DNA of 64,000 bases from an uncultured Ignavibacteriaceae bacterium (GTDB taxonomy: Bacteria > Zixibacteria > MSB-5A5 > GN15 > PGXB01), in NCBI GenBank assembly GCA_964498015.1, contig CAZCFT010000001.1:490-64489 (forward strand), given 5' to 3'. The translations under genes were made by a program, and so were the position numbers. Of this stretch, positions 48,063 through 57,507 are shown piece after piece. The number at the start of each line of letters is the position of its first letter. Position 1 is the first letter of the stretch. The notes below the pieces were generated by a model. That model saw nothing but the letters and a program-made list of their open reading frames with translations, was not told the DNA's origin and searched no databases.

Positions 48063-48746
48063 ATGCTTAAACCGGATGAAGTCGGAGAATACGTTGATTC
48101 TTTGCCGTTCTCTAACTCCGACCGGCAGGTGAGATTAATTTGCATCCTTTCGGCGGCGATAGCGGTCTGTAATAATCAGTTGACACGGGCCATCATGCTT
48201 TATCTAAAAGCAGAGGGAATAGAGCGCAAACTGATTTATGAAACTATTCTTCAAAGCTATCTATTCTTAGGTTTTCCGCGGATGATTGAAGCCGCGCTCG
48301 TTTTCAACGAGGTTTTCGGAAATGATGAACGCACCAAAGCCAAAATCAAGAAATATTCGGCGAAGGAGTCGGAGCGTTGGTTTAATAAAGGGAGAGGTTT
48401 GTGCCAAATAGTGTATGGAAGAAATTATCATCTGCTGGAAAAACGATTTAGGGAGATTTCGCCGGAGATATTCAGGTGGATGGTAATTGAAGGGTACGGC
48501 AAAGTATTGTGTCGCAGGGGAATTACACAGATTGAAAGAGAGCTGGCCGAAGTGGCGGCATTGACTGTCGATAAACGGGAAAGGCAGTTATTATCCCATA
48601 TTGTCGGAAGCCTGAATGTCGGAGTCGATATTGATTTGATTCACAAAGTGAACGGAGATATCAAACCTATAGCCGGTTCTAAAGCATTCAGGATGGCCAA
48701 AAATATTATTTCAGAGATTGAAAAGAAAAATGAAGCTCAGAAATAA
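48063..48746 (+). CDS. AhpD/carboxymuconolactone-decarboxylase-like protein (tentative)
   Basis: 227-aa all-helical protein with two CMD-like repeats (ILQSYLFLGFPR...; RELAEVAALTV). The assignment rests on pattern only. Confidence 0.45.
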   Translation: MLKPDEVGEYVDSLPFSNSDRQVRLICILSAAIAVCNNQLTRAIMLYLKAEGIERKLIYETILQSYLFLGFPRMIEAALVFNEVFGNDERTKAKIKKYSAKESERWFNKGRGLCQIVYGRNYHLLEKRFREISPEIFRWMVIEGYGKVLCRRGITQIERELAEVAALTVDKRERQLLSHIVGSLNVGVDIDLIHKVNGDIKPIAGSKAFRMAKNIISEIEKKNEAQK

Positions 48747-51700
48747 AATCTTGCTGATTCTATTTGGGGTGGCCGCGTCGCTCATTATTGGGCTTTATCT
48801 GGCATTCTTCAGGTTCGGCGTGCTCGAGTATCTGGTCAACAAGAAAATCAGGGATACAATAAAAGAGAATCTGCCGCTACAAATACAGATAGGAAAGATT
48901 GGCGGGGATTACCGCTCTTTTCTGGTTATCTCAAATCTGACAGTTATCTACGACGATGGTACAATCAACTACAAAATGGCATCTGTCCCCCGGATAACCG
49001 CCCGATACTCACTTTCGGACCTCTATAATGGGAAATATTCATTTCAAAATATATTGGTTGATTCAGCGCAGATAAATATTCAGAAATCTCCGGCCGGGAA
49101 ATGGCTGATACCGAAAGCCCCACCAGGCTCTGCCGCGAAAACCGGAAGTATCGCTTTTGACATCGGCAAACTCACGCTCAATAATATTGATTTGAGCTTA
49201 ACTGGCACAAATGATACTTTAAGTTTCAGGGGTATTTTTATAAGGACCGGCCTCGAGAACCGTGAGGGGACCCTTTCGGCTGATATTGATACACTCAGTT
49301 ATCAGGCTTCAGAAGACAAATATAAATTAAGGGCGGCCAAGGGGAAGGTCGCGTTGACGGGCGAAAATCTGATGTGCCAGGATTTTGCGATTCTGACGGA
49401 TTCATCGGATTTGAAGATCAGCGGTCAGATGATTTTGAATGACGAGCGTCCCTGGAAAGTAAATATTGAGGCTGCAAAATTGAATCTGACTGAAGCATCA
49501 GAACATCTTGGCGCAATATTGAGAGGCGACATATCCACTTTTGGATCAGTGGAATACTCAGGCAAGAAGTTCAAAGGGAAATTGAGAATTTCCGGCATGT
49601 TTGAGGATCGGTATCTTGATTCACTGGAGGCGACCTTTCAATATTCAGACAGAAAACTTCGGCTTGAAACGCTTGAGGGAGTGATACTTCATGGCTGCCG
49701 AATTGCGGGAAAGGGAGAAGTAAATTTCTCCCAGAGTCCCCCTGAATATCATCTAATTGGAAACATAGAGCATCTCAATCTGGAAAATGTTATAAGCCAC
49801 GGCCATTCCTCGGACTTAAACGGGAAGATAGACTTCACCGGTCGCGGATTCAGCGGAAAGGGATTGGCGATAGACCTGTTTGCCGACCTTGGCGAATCCT
49901 CGTTCGATAATTACCATGTTTCCGACGCTATTGGGAATATGACGGTCACGACCGACAGCTTGACTCTTCAGGATGAATTTCTGGTTAGGTACAAGGATAA
50001 TCTTTTCACATTGGCAGGCAAAATAGAGTATTCTGGAGGGATTCAGGTTGAGGGTTCCACCATGTTCGACGACCTTTCCGCCTTTAATGGTAAGACATTC
50101 ATTAAACGAATGGGGGGGAGGGCAGATTTAGATTTCCAGATTACCGGCGATATATCAAATCCCGACATATCCGGCCAGCTGACTTCCGACTCACTATGGC
50201 TTTATGATATCCATTCATCACAGGCGGGCATAAATTTTCATATGGCACATTTTCTCCATGGCCGTCAAGGCGATGTCGATCTTTTTCTGAATAGCGGGGA
50301 GGCATATAATCGTCCTTATGATACCATCAGGATTAAGATGCAGGTCGATTCAGAAAGGATTTATATTGATGATTCGTTTATCTATAGTAAATATTTTCAG
50401 GCCGGAGGTACGGGAACTCTGGACTATGCATCATATCCTCAGAAACTGTCCCTTGATTCACTGACGCTTGACATTATGGGGCTTTCGTTCAAGAATGATT
50501 CTCTGATTGAGATAGGAATTGATTCTACAGGCTATGATTTGTTGCAATGTCACCTGTTAAGGCCGATCGGACATCTGACGGGTTCGGGAAGAATCAACTA
50601 CAACGAATCGATGGAGCTTGATATCAGCATGGATAAGCTTGATATATTGCCGATCGTAAGATTAATTACCGGCGATTACGGTTTGACCGGCCTGATGTCG
50701 GGAGAGATGCGCCTAAAAGGCACATTCGCCTCTCCAGCCATCGATTTCCGGGGCAACATAGGCTCACTCACCTATAATGAATTCGTGCTGGGAGATCTTC
50801 ATGCAAACTTAGAGTATTCTGAAAATGTTGTTTCGATTGATTCGATTACTATCGACAGCAAGACCGGATATTACACTGCTAACGGGACTTTTCCCATAAA
50901 TCTGTCTTTCACTCAAACCGAAAATAGACTGCTTGATAATGAGCAAAATATTAATATTACAGCCGCCGATGTCAGACACGACGCGATTCGTCTGTTTCTT
51001 AAAGAAGTTGAGAATCTTAAAGGCGATTTGAAGGCCGCATTCAAATTGACTGGAACTCCCCGTCAGCCTAAAATTGATGGGGAGATATCGCTTAGGCGCG
51101 GAACGCTTAAGCTCTATGATCTCACATATCCGCTCGACAGCTTGAATATAAACATGAAGATGGCCAATCGGACGATTTATATAGAGAGCGCGTCAGCCGT
51201 CTGTTGGGGTGGAAAAAAGCTGATAGGTACAGTGACCGGGCAAGGGGAAATTATCATCAAATCGATCGACACACTTCAATATAGTGTCAAGATTAAGCTG
51301 AATTCATTTCCGGTACTTTATGAGCTTGGCGATATTTCTGCGCTGGTTGACGCCGCTCTTAAAGTCTATGGAGAGACTCCGCCTACTGTATATGGAGACG
51401 TGACTATCAAGAGCGCCTTATATCGGGAGAATTTCTCCAAAGAGAGCGATGGCTGGATAGCGCTGACGTCACTTCAGGGGGACAAAACATGGGATCTTAA
51501 TCTCAATGTGGAGGCGCCGTCAAATCTCTGGGTTAAGAATGAAGATATCGACGCCGAATTTTCCGGATTACTCAACTTTATAAGAGAAAAAGGGAAATAT
51601 CGATATATTGGTTCGCTTGAAATCTTGAGAGGAAAGGGATTTCTTGCCGACAGGTCATTTCGATTAGAATCCGGAGGATCAATCAACTATGAAGATATCG

Positions 51701-52275
51701 AATACCCCAACCCCCGTCTTGATATTTATGCGTCCACTAAAATAAGGGGAGCCGCATCCGAGAGAACCGCAGAAACCAATTCGTCAAATTATGACCTGCG
51801 AGTGCATATCAGTGGTACCCTTGATGAGCCGATAATAGGCGCCGCCGAAGGGGGACAGGGTTCGCCGCAGTTTTCCACTGAGGAAATAATCCCGTTGATT
51901 TTTACCGATTATTATGGAAAGAAGGAAGGAAGCAATGGATTATCGACAACGGGGAGAGTAAGTGATCGGCTGACGTCAGGGATTTCTGGATTCCTGAGCA
52001 GTCAGGTGGGGCAGATTGGATCCAGAACGCTGGGAGTAGAGACTTTCGAGATTGATCCGGTTTACGGGGACAAATTCGATCCGCTGGGGACGCGCTTGAC
52101 TCTGGGTTTTTATACGCACCTCAATCTTTATGTCTATGGCAGTTCGTCAATCTCCGGGGTAGCCGGACAAGAGGTCGGTTTTGAGTATCGACTGAAACGA
52201 TTTCTATTGATGGAAGGTCGCCGGGATGAAGAAAATCTCTATCATCTGTTGCTAAATTTTTACTGGGACTTTTGA
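48718..52275 (+). CDS. tamB: TamB-like translocation and assembly module protein (DUF490 C-terminus)
   Basis: 1185 aa with an N-terminal TM anchor (ILLILFGVAASLIIGLYLAFF), a long beta-rich body and a DUF490-like C-terminal region. An Omp85 gene follows directly. The probable ATG is at 48730. Confidence 0.75.
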   Translation: MKRKMKLRNKILLILFGVAASLIIGLYLAFFRFGVLEYLVNKKIRDTIKENLPLQIQIGKIGGDYRSFLVISNLTVIYDDGTINYKMASVPRITARYSLSDLYNGKYSFQNILVDSAQINIQKSPAGKWLIPKAPPGSAAKTGSIAFDIGKLTLNNIDLSLTGTNDTLSFRGIFIRTGLENREGTLSADIDTLSYQASEDKYKLRAAKGKVALTGENLMCQDFAILTDSSDLKISGQMILNDERPWKVNIEAAKLNLTEASEHLGAILRGDISTFGSVEYSGKKFKGKLRISGMFEDRYLDSLEATFQYSDRKLRLETLEGVILHGCRIAGKGEVNFSQSPPEYHLIGNIEHLNLENVISHGHSSDLNGKIDFTGRGFSGKGLAIDLFADLGESSFDNYHVSDAIGNMTVTTDSLTLQDEFLVRYKDNLFTLAGKIEYSGGIQVEGSTMFDDLSAFNGKTFIKRMGGRADLDFQITGDISNPDISGQLTSDSLWLYDIHSSQAGINFHMAHFLHGRQGDVDLFLNSGEAYNRPYDTIRIKMQVDSERIYIDDSFIYSKYFQAGGTGTLDYASYPQKLSLDSLTLDIMGLSFKNDSLIEIGIDSTGYDLLQCHLLRPIGHLTGSGRINYNESMELDISMDKLDILPIVRLITGDYGLTGLMSGEMRLKGTFASPAIDFRGNIGSLTYNEFVLGDLHANLEYSENVVSIDSITIDSKTGYYTANGTFPINLSFTQTENRLLDNEQNINITAADVRHDAIRLFLKEVENLKGDLKAAFKLTGTPRQPKIDGEISLRRGTLKLYDLTYPLDSLNINMKMANRTIYIESASAVCWGGKKLIGTVTGQGEIIIKSIDTLQYSVKIKLNSFPVLYELGDISALVDAALKVYGETPPTVYGDVTIKSALYRENFSKESDGWIALTSLQGDKTWDLNLNVEAPSNLWVKNEDIDAEFSGLLNFIREKGKYRYIGSLEILRGKGFLADRSFRLESGGSINYEDIEYPNPRLDIYASTKIRGAASERTAETNSSNYDLRVHISGTLDEPIIGAAEGGQGSPQFSTEEIIPLIFTDYYGKKEGSNGLSTTGRVSDRLTSGISGFLSSQVGQIGSRTLGVETFEIDPVYGDKFDPLGTRLTLGFYTHLNLYVYGSSSISGVAGQEVGFEYRLKRFLLMEGRRDEENLYHLLLNFYWDF

Positions 52276-52276
52276 T

Positions 52277-54202
52277 TTGGCTATTTCCGGAAAGATATTC
52301 CCGTTCCTTTTTGTGAATCTGGTCTTGAGTGCGGTTGCTCTCGGACAGATTTCCGATGAGACTTTTCTTCTGCGCTGGCTCAGGAAGAAACCGGTTATAA
52401 AGTCAATTGCGATAGAAGGGAATAAATTCTATTCGGATTCCAGAATAAAGCGGGTAATGTTTTCACGAGAAGACAACATCATAAGAACTATCAAAGCAGA
52501 TCGTAACCGCCGGGTGCAGAAAGAGACAATGCTGAGAGATACTTCCGAGGTAAAATATCTTTACCTGACCTCGGGATTTCTTGCCGTAAAATTGAGAGAG
52601 ATATATGAACCGATTTTGCCGGATTCAAATGCACGAATTGTATTGACTGTGGACGAGGGTCGGCAATTCTTTTATGGCAGTACATCGCTTTTGGTAAATC
52701 CGGCTATTGACGGAGATGGAGAATTCGACTTAAAATCAAAGGGTGAATTGGCGGGGATAATCGGGCGGGTAAAGATTTCCCGACCTGTCGACCCATTCGG
52801 CCTCCGACAAATAGTGTATGACTGCAAATCCTACTTGGCCAATAATGGGTATCCCTACGCGCGGGTTGCCTTCTCCATTGATACTGTTCTTGAAAATGAC
52901 AGGGCCAAAATATCATTTACCATCGAAACAGATTCTCTGGTGCATTTCGGAGATGTAAGAATCAATGGCGCCGAGCATTTCGACACTTCCCAGGTCAGAA
53001 GAGAAATTACGTTTAAAAGCGGAGACCTTTATCGCAGGCAAGATATATTGGAATCGCAGAAGCGGTTGCTTGGCGCCGGGAATTATCTTACTCTACAAAT
53101 GTATAGTCCAGCGCAAGATACCGCAGATAAGTCCAAGAGATTAAATCCGGACTTCATCCTGAATCTCAAGGAAAAAAAGCCGCATTATCTCTCAGTGAAG
53201 ACCGGAGCGGGACAGGATCCTTATAAAGACCTGATCTGGGATTTTTCCGCCGCCTGGGGAAAGAGAAATATCTTTCGTTCCCGACAAGTTGAGTTTTCCG
53301 CTAAATCCTCATTTGTGATCTTCACGGAATGGCGGGTGATAAATCATAGTTATAAAATAAAATTCACGGAACCATGGTTTCTGGGATTACGAATGCCTCT
53401 GACCCTTACTGGGACATTTGAACCCGGTGTGCGCTCAAAAGTACAGCAATACAGAATTCAAACGTGGTCTCTTTCGCTGGAAACCTTCAGAGAATTGCGG
53501 CAGTGGTTTAAAATATATAATGGCCTCGAATACAAATCGGTAAATATATATGGCCTGAGCCCGGAGGATGCTACCAAGCTCCGTCAGGATAAGGGAATTT
53601 CAATACGGCAGAAGCTCTATACTAATATCATCCGGGACAGACGCGACCATCCCTTTATTCCCACAACCGGCTCAATGACAACCGGCCGCCTTGAATATGC
53701 CGGCGGATTTCTTGGCGGCGATGAGTCATATTACTTAATTGAGACCAGTTGGTCGCGTTATCAGAGGGCTTGGCCCGGATGGATTTCCGCATCCCGGATC
53801 AAATGGGGATATGTAAAGGAATTTGGGAAATCCAAATCAGCGCCGATCGATGTTCGTTACTATGCCGGCGGAGCCAATAGTATCAGAGGATTTGGCGAAA
53901 ATGACCTGGGACCCAAGTCATCTGACGGTACGCCGGAAGGAGCCAATGTTCTTATCGTCGGCAATCAGGAATTCAGATTCCCACTGGTGTCGAAATTTTG
54001 GGGGTCGCTTTTTGCGGACATGGGAAATGGATTCCTTAATTGGCGGGACATTAGATTAAACAGAATGGCCATAACCTACGGAGCGGGTCTGCAATTTATA
54101 TCTCCGGCGGGCCCAATTAGATTTGATTATGCGAGGAGAATTAGGACAAAATTTATCGGCAGTGGGTATCATTTCCATTTCACAATACTTTATGCTTTCT
54201 GA
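52277..54202 (+). CDS. Omp85-family outer membrane protein (TamA/BamA-like; POTRA repeats plus a bacterial surface antigen barrel)
   Basis: 641 aa with a signal peptide, POTRA-like repeats, and a C-terminal barrel with YYAGGANSIRGF and a terminal aromatic (..TILYAF). Confidence 0.85.
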   Translation: MAISGKIFPFLFVNLVLSAVALGQISDETFLLRWLRKKPVIKSIAIEGNKFYSDSRIKRVMFSREDNIIRTIKADRNRRVQKETMLRDTSEVKYLYLTSGFLAVKLREIYEPILPDSNARIVLTVDEGRQFFYGSTSLLVNPAIDGDGEFDLKSKGELAGIIGRVKISRPVDPFGLRQIVYDCKSYLANNGYPYARVAFSIDTVLENDRAKISFTIETDSLVHFGDVRINGAEHFDTSQVRREITFKSGDLYRRQDILESQKRLLGAGNYLTLQMYSPAQDTADKSKRLNPDFILNLKEKKPHYLSVKTGAGQDPYKDLIWDFSAAWGKRNIFRSRQVEFSAKSSFVIFTEWRVINHSYKIKFTEPWFLGLRMPLTLTGTFEPGVRSKVQQYRIQTWSLSLETFRELRQWFKIYNGLEYKSVNIYGLSPEDATKLRQDKGISIRQKLYTNIIRDRRDHPFIPTTGSMTTGRLEYAGGFLGGDESYYLIETSWSRYQRAWPGWISASRIKWGYVKEFGKSKSAPIDVRYYAGGANSIRGFGENDLGPKSSDGTPEGANVLIVGNQEFRFPLVSKFWGSLFADMGNGFLNWRDIRLNRMAITYGAGLQFISPAGPIRFDYARRIRTKFIGSGYHFHFTILYAF

Positions 54203-54268
54203 TATTTATGCCGTAATTATTAAGGATATTGAGCGTATTAATGAATATTCTACCGATTTGGTCTGCTA

Positions 54269-54297
54269 TTGACAAAAGGGCAAGGTAGAGGTATAAT
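54269..54297 (+). promoter_or_regulatory. Perfect-consensus sigma70 promoter upstream of the cysteine desulfurase gene
   Basis: TTGACA (54269-54274), a 17-nt spacer, and TATAAT (54292-54297). Confidence 0.6.
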
Positions 54298-54318
54298 ATA
54301 TAAAGTTGATTTTGTTCT

Positions 54319-55506
54319 TTGAATCGAGGTCAAAAGTTGAAACAGATATATCTGGATTACAATAGTACCACTCCCCTTGATGAGAGGGTTTTGGATGCCA
54401 TGCTTCCTTACCTGAAAGAGAGATATGGGAATGCCAGTTCTCTTCACAGTTTTGGCCGTGAGGCGAGAGCTGGGATTGAGGAAGCCCGGGAAAAAGTTGC
54501 CGCTATTCTGGGAGCGGAACCGTCGGAGATCTACTTTACGGGCGGAGGCACAGAATCGGATAATATTGCCCTGAAGGGGGTGGCATACTCGAAGCAGGGA
54601 AAGAGGGATCATATAATAATATCATCAATAGAGCATCATGCCATTCTTGAGTCGGCCAAATATCTGGGTAAAAATGGATTTAAGGTTGATTATCTCGGAA
54701 CCGACCAGGAAGGATTTGTGTCCCGGGGCGAATTAGGTGGAAAGATATCGGAACAAACCTCAGTGGTTTCCATAATGCATGCCAACAATGAAGTAGGAAC
54801 TATTCAGGACATTGCGGGACTTGCCGAGATATCGCATACAAAGGGAGCTCTATTTCATTCTGACGCGGTTCAATCCGCCGGAAAGATTAGAGTGAATGTC
54901 AAAGAGCTGAATGTTGATCTTTTGTCAATTTCAGGGCATAAATTCTATGGTCCAAAAGGGACAGGGGCTATCTACATTCGGAAGGGATTGAAGATTACTC
55001 CATTGTCGCATGGCGGGCATCATGAAAAAGGGCGCCGCGCCGGAACCGAAAATGTCGCGGGAATTATTGGGCTCGCCCGCGCTCTTGAAATCGCCGAAAG
55101 CATGTGCGAAGCAGAGCATCGCCGGTTGACCGGCTTAGCCGATTTCTTTATTGGCGAGGTGCAATCAAAAATAGCTGATGTGCATTTCAATGGCCCCAGG
55201 GACAACGCAAGAAGAATCCCTTCAACCGTAAACCTCTCTTTTCAGGCGGTGGAAGGAGAATCAATTATCCTCTCGCTGGATATGAAAGGGATAGCGGTGG
55301 CCTCGGGTTCGGCTTGTACCTCTGGTTCGTTGGAGGCGTCACATGTCCTCACAGCCATGGGGATACCGGCAGAGTCGGCTCAGGGTTCGATAAGATTCTC
55401 CTTGGGGCGATTTACTTCCAAAGAGGACCTTGAATATGTAGTTTCGGAGCTTCCGGAAATAATTGAAAGACTTCGGGCGATGTCTCCATTGTACACAAAG
55501 AAGTAG
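54319..55506 (+). CDS. nifS: Cysteine desulfurase (NifS/IscS class I)
   Basis: IYLDYNSTTP, PLP-Lys context SISGHKFYGPKG, active Cys loop ASGSACTSG. The in-frame TTG 54337, with GAGG 7 nt upstream, is the more likely start. Confidence 0.93.
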   Translation: MNRGQKLKQIYLDYNSTTPLDERVLDAMLPYLKERYGNASSLHSFGREARAGIEEAREKVAAILGAEPSEIYFTGGGTESDNIALKGVAYSKQGKRDHIIISSIEHHAILESAKYLGKNGFKVDYLGTDQEGFVSRGELGGKISEQTSVVSIMHANNEVGTIQDIAGLAEISHTKGALFHSDAVQSAGKIRVNVKELNVDLLSISGHKFYGPKGTGAIYIRKGLKITPLSHGGHHEKGRRAGTENVAGIIGLARALEIAESMCEAEHRRLTGLADFFIGEVQSKIADVHFNGPRDNARRIPSTVNLSFQAVEGESIILSLDMKGIAVASGSACTSGSLEASHVLTAMGIPAESAQGSIRFSLGRFTSKEDLEYVVSELPEIIERLRAMSPLYTKK

Positions 55507-55533
55507 GCAGATGTCGCTATATTGGAGAAAGCC

Positions 55534-55558
55534 GGGGTCGTTTTATCGACCCCTTTTT
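55534..55558 (+). terminator. Rho-independent terminator after nifS
   Basis: GGGGTCG-TTTTAT-CGACCCC followed by TTTTT. It ends 2 nt before ATG 55561. Confidence 0.7.
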
Positions 55559-55560
55559 AT

Positions 55561-56721
55561 ATGAAGAAGAAAGTTCTGGCCGCAGTTTCCGGCGGAGTTG
55601 ACTCAATAACCGCGCTATTGATATTAAGGGAAGAAGGTTACGATGTAGCCGCGGCGCATATGAAATTGTGGGACTATGCCGATGTCGGAGGCGACAGCTT
55701 TCATGATGGCCGCTGTTGTTCTCTTGAAGCAATTAACGATCTCCAGATTATTTGCAATTCCTTCTCCATCCCGTTTTATGTTTTCAACCTGTCGGGCGAA
55801 TTTAAGAAAATTGTGATAAATAATTTCGTTTCTGAATATAAGGCGGGTCGAACCCCCAATCCGTGTATCTTGTGCAACACTCACCTAAAATGGTCGATTT
55901 TTCTCAGAAAAGCTATTGAAATTGGATGCGAATATATCGCCACGGGTCATTATGCCCGGCTGGAGTATGATAATGACAGAAAACGATTTGTGCTTAGGAA
56001 AGGAATTGATGCGACTCGCGATCAGTCCTATGCTCTCTGGGGGCTGGGACAAGGTGCGCTATCGCATACTCTACTGCCGTTGGGGAAGTACCTGAAATTA
56101 GAAGTCCGTCAATTGGCCAGAAAGTTCAACTTGAAAAATGCCGAAAAGCCTGAATCGAGGGAGATATGTTTTATTGCCGATGACGACTATCATCGATTCC
56201 TAAGAGAATGGGAGGAAAAGCATGGCGGCAGGCCGAAAGCCGGAGATATTGTTTTCAAGAATGGCGCTGTGGCGGGCAGGCATCAGGGAATTCAGTATTA
56301 TACTATCGGTCAGAGAAAGGGGCTGGGGCTCTCCAATCCTACGCCATTATATGTGAATAGAATTGATGTCCAGTCCAATCGGGTGATAATCGGGGACGAA
56401 GCGGAGCTATATTCGGCAAGAACGATGGTCAGGAATATCAACTGGGTATCGATCGCAAGCCCGGCCGGTGAATTTCCGGCGGATGTTAAGATAAGATATC
56501 TTCATCAGCCGGCCCCGGCAATTGTTAAGCCTATAGGGGAAAACGCGTCGGTAAACCCGGCATTTGACGGGGCTGAAGTCGAATTTGAAACTCAGCAGAG
56601 GGCGATAACTCCGGGGCAGTCGGCGGTTTTCTATGATGGCGAGGTCTTGTTGGGAGGCGGGATAATAGATTCCTATCCGGCAGTAGCCGGATCAGGCCTT
56701 ATGACTGAAAATAATGATTGA
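55561..56721 (+). CDS. mnmA: tRNA 2-thiouridine(34) synthase
   Basis: PP-loop AAVSGGVDS, catalytic Cys contexts (NPCILCN; EICFI), and a C-terminal barrel. ATG 55561 is preferred over the ORF-track TTG 55522, which would read through the terminator hairpin. Confidence 0.93.
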   Translation: MKKKVLAAVSGGVDSITALLILREEGYDVAAAHMKLWDYADVGGDSFHDGRCCSLEAINDLQIICNSFSIPFYVFNLSGEFKKIVINNFVSEYKAGRTPNPCILCNTHLKWSIFLRKAIEIGCEYIATGHYARLEYDNDRKRFVLRKGIDATRDQSYALWGLGQGALSHTLLPLGKYLKLEVRQLARKFNLKNAEKPESREICFIADDDYHRFLREWEEKHGGRPKAGDIVFKNGAVAGRHQGIQYYTIGQRKGLGLSNPTPLYVNRIDVQSNRVIIGDEAELYSARTMVRNINWVSIASPAGEFPADVKIRYLHQPAPAIVKPIGENASVNPAFDGAEVEFETQQRAITPGQSAVFYDGEVLLGGGIIDSYPAVAGSGLMTENND

Positions 56722-56783
56722 ATGTATAGATTGATCTTCTTAGTATAAAGAAGAGAAGTTTTAATATTTAGGAGAAGCGCGCT

Positions 56784-57464
56784 ATGTTAAGAGCGACATT
56801 TTTGGGTCACTCCTGTGTGACGGCCACGGATGGAAAATACAATATTATCATTGATCCCTTTTTAACCGGAAACCCCCAAGCCGCAATCAAAGCCTCTGAT
56901 GTTAAAGTTGATTACATTCTGGTTACTCACGGCCATGGCGATCATCTTGGAGATGCCGTCGATATCGCCAAAAGAAATAATGCTACGATCATCGCTCCCA
57001 ATGAACTGGCGGCTTATCTCAGTAAACTGGGGGCGCCGGTTCATAATATGCATATCGGCGGCGCCAGGGACTTTCCATTTGGCCGGGTCAAACTTACCAT
57101 TGCCCACCACGGCTCTGCCGTAGGAGAAGATATTAAATACGCCGGCGTTCCCTGTGGTTTTCTGGTTACATTGGGCGGAAAAACAATGTACCACGCCGGC
57201 GATACAGGACTGTTTTACGATATGAAATTGATAGGGGAGATGAATAAAATCGACCTCGCTTTTCTCCCTATTGGAGATAATTTTACAATGGGGATTGATG
57301 ATGCAGTCAAGGCCGTAGAGTTCCTCAATCCGAAGAAAGTAGTCCCAATGCACTATAAAACCTGGCCCGTGATTGATGCCGATCCGGATGAGTTCGCTAT
57401 GAAGCTTTTGAATTCGACTGCAAAGGCCATTATTATTAAGCCGGGAGAATCGGTCGAAGCATGA
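56784..57464 (+). CDS. UPF0173-family metal-dependent hydrolase (metallo-beta-lactamase fold)
   Basis: 226 aa with the HGHGDH motif and the conserved LGHSC..IDPF.. N-terminus. Confidence 0.85.
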   Translation: MLRATFLGHSCVTATDGKYNIIIDPFLTGNPQAAIKASDVKVDYILVTHGHGDHLGDAVDIAKRNNATIIAPNELAAYLSKLGAPVHNMHIGGARDFPFGRVKLTIAHHGSAVGEDIKYAGVPCGFLVTLGGKTMYHAGDTGLFYDMKLIGEMNKIDLAFLPIGDNFTMGIDDAVKAVEFLNPKKVVPMHYKTWPVIDADPDEFAMKLLNSTAKAIIIKPGESVEA

Positions 57465-57507
57465 CTGAATGTCGGCAAGATGTCGTCATGGATACTGAGG
57501 AGGACAG

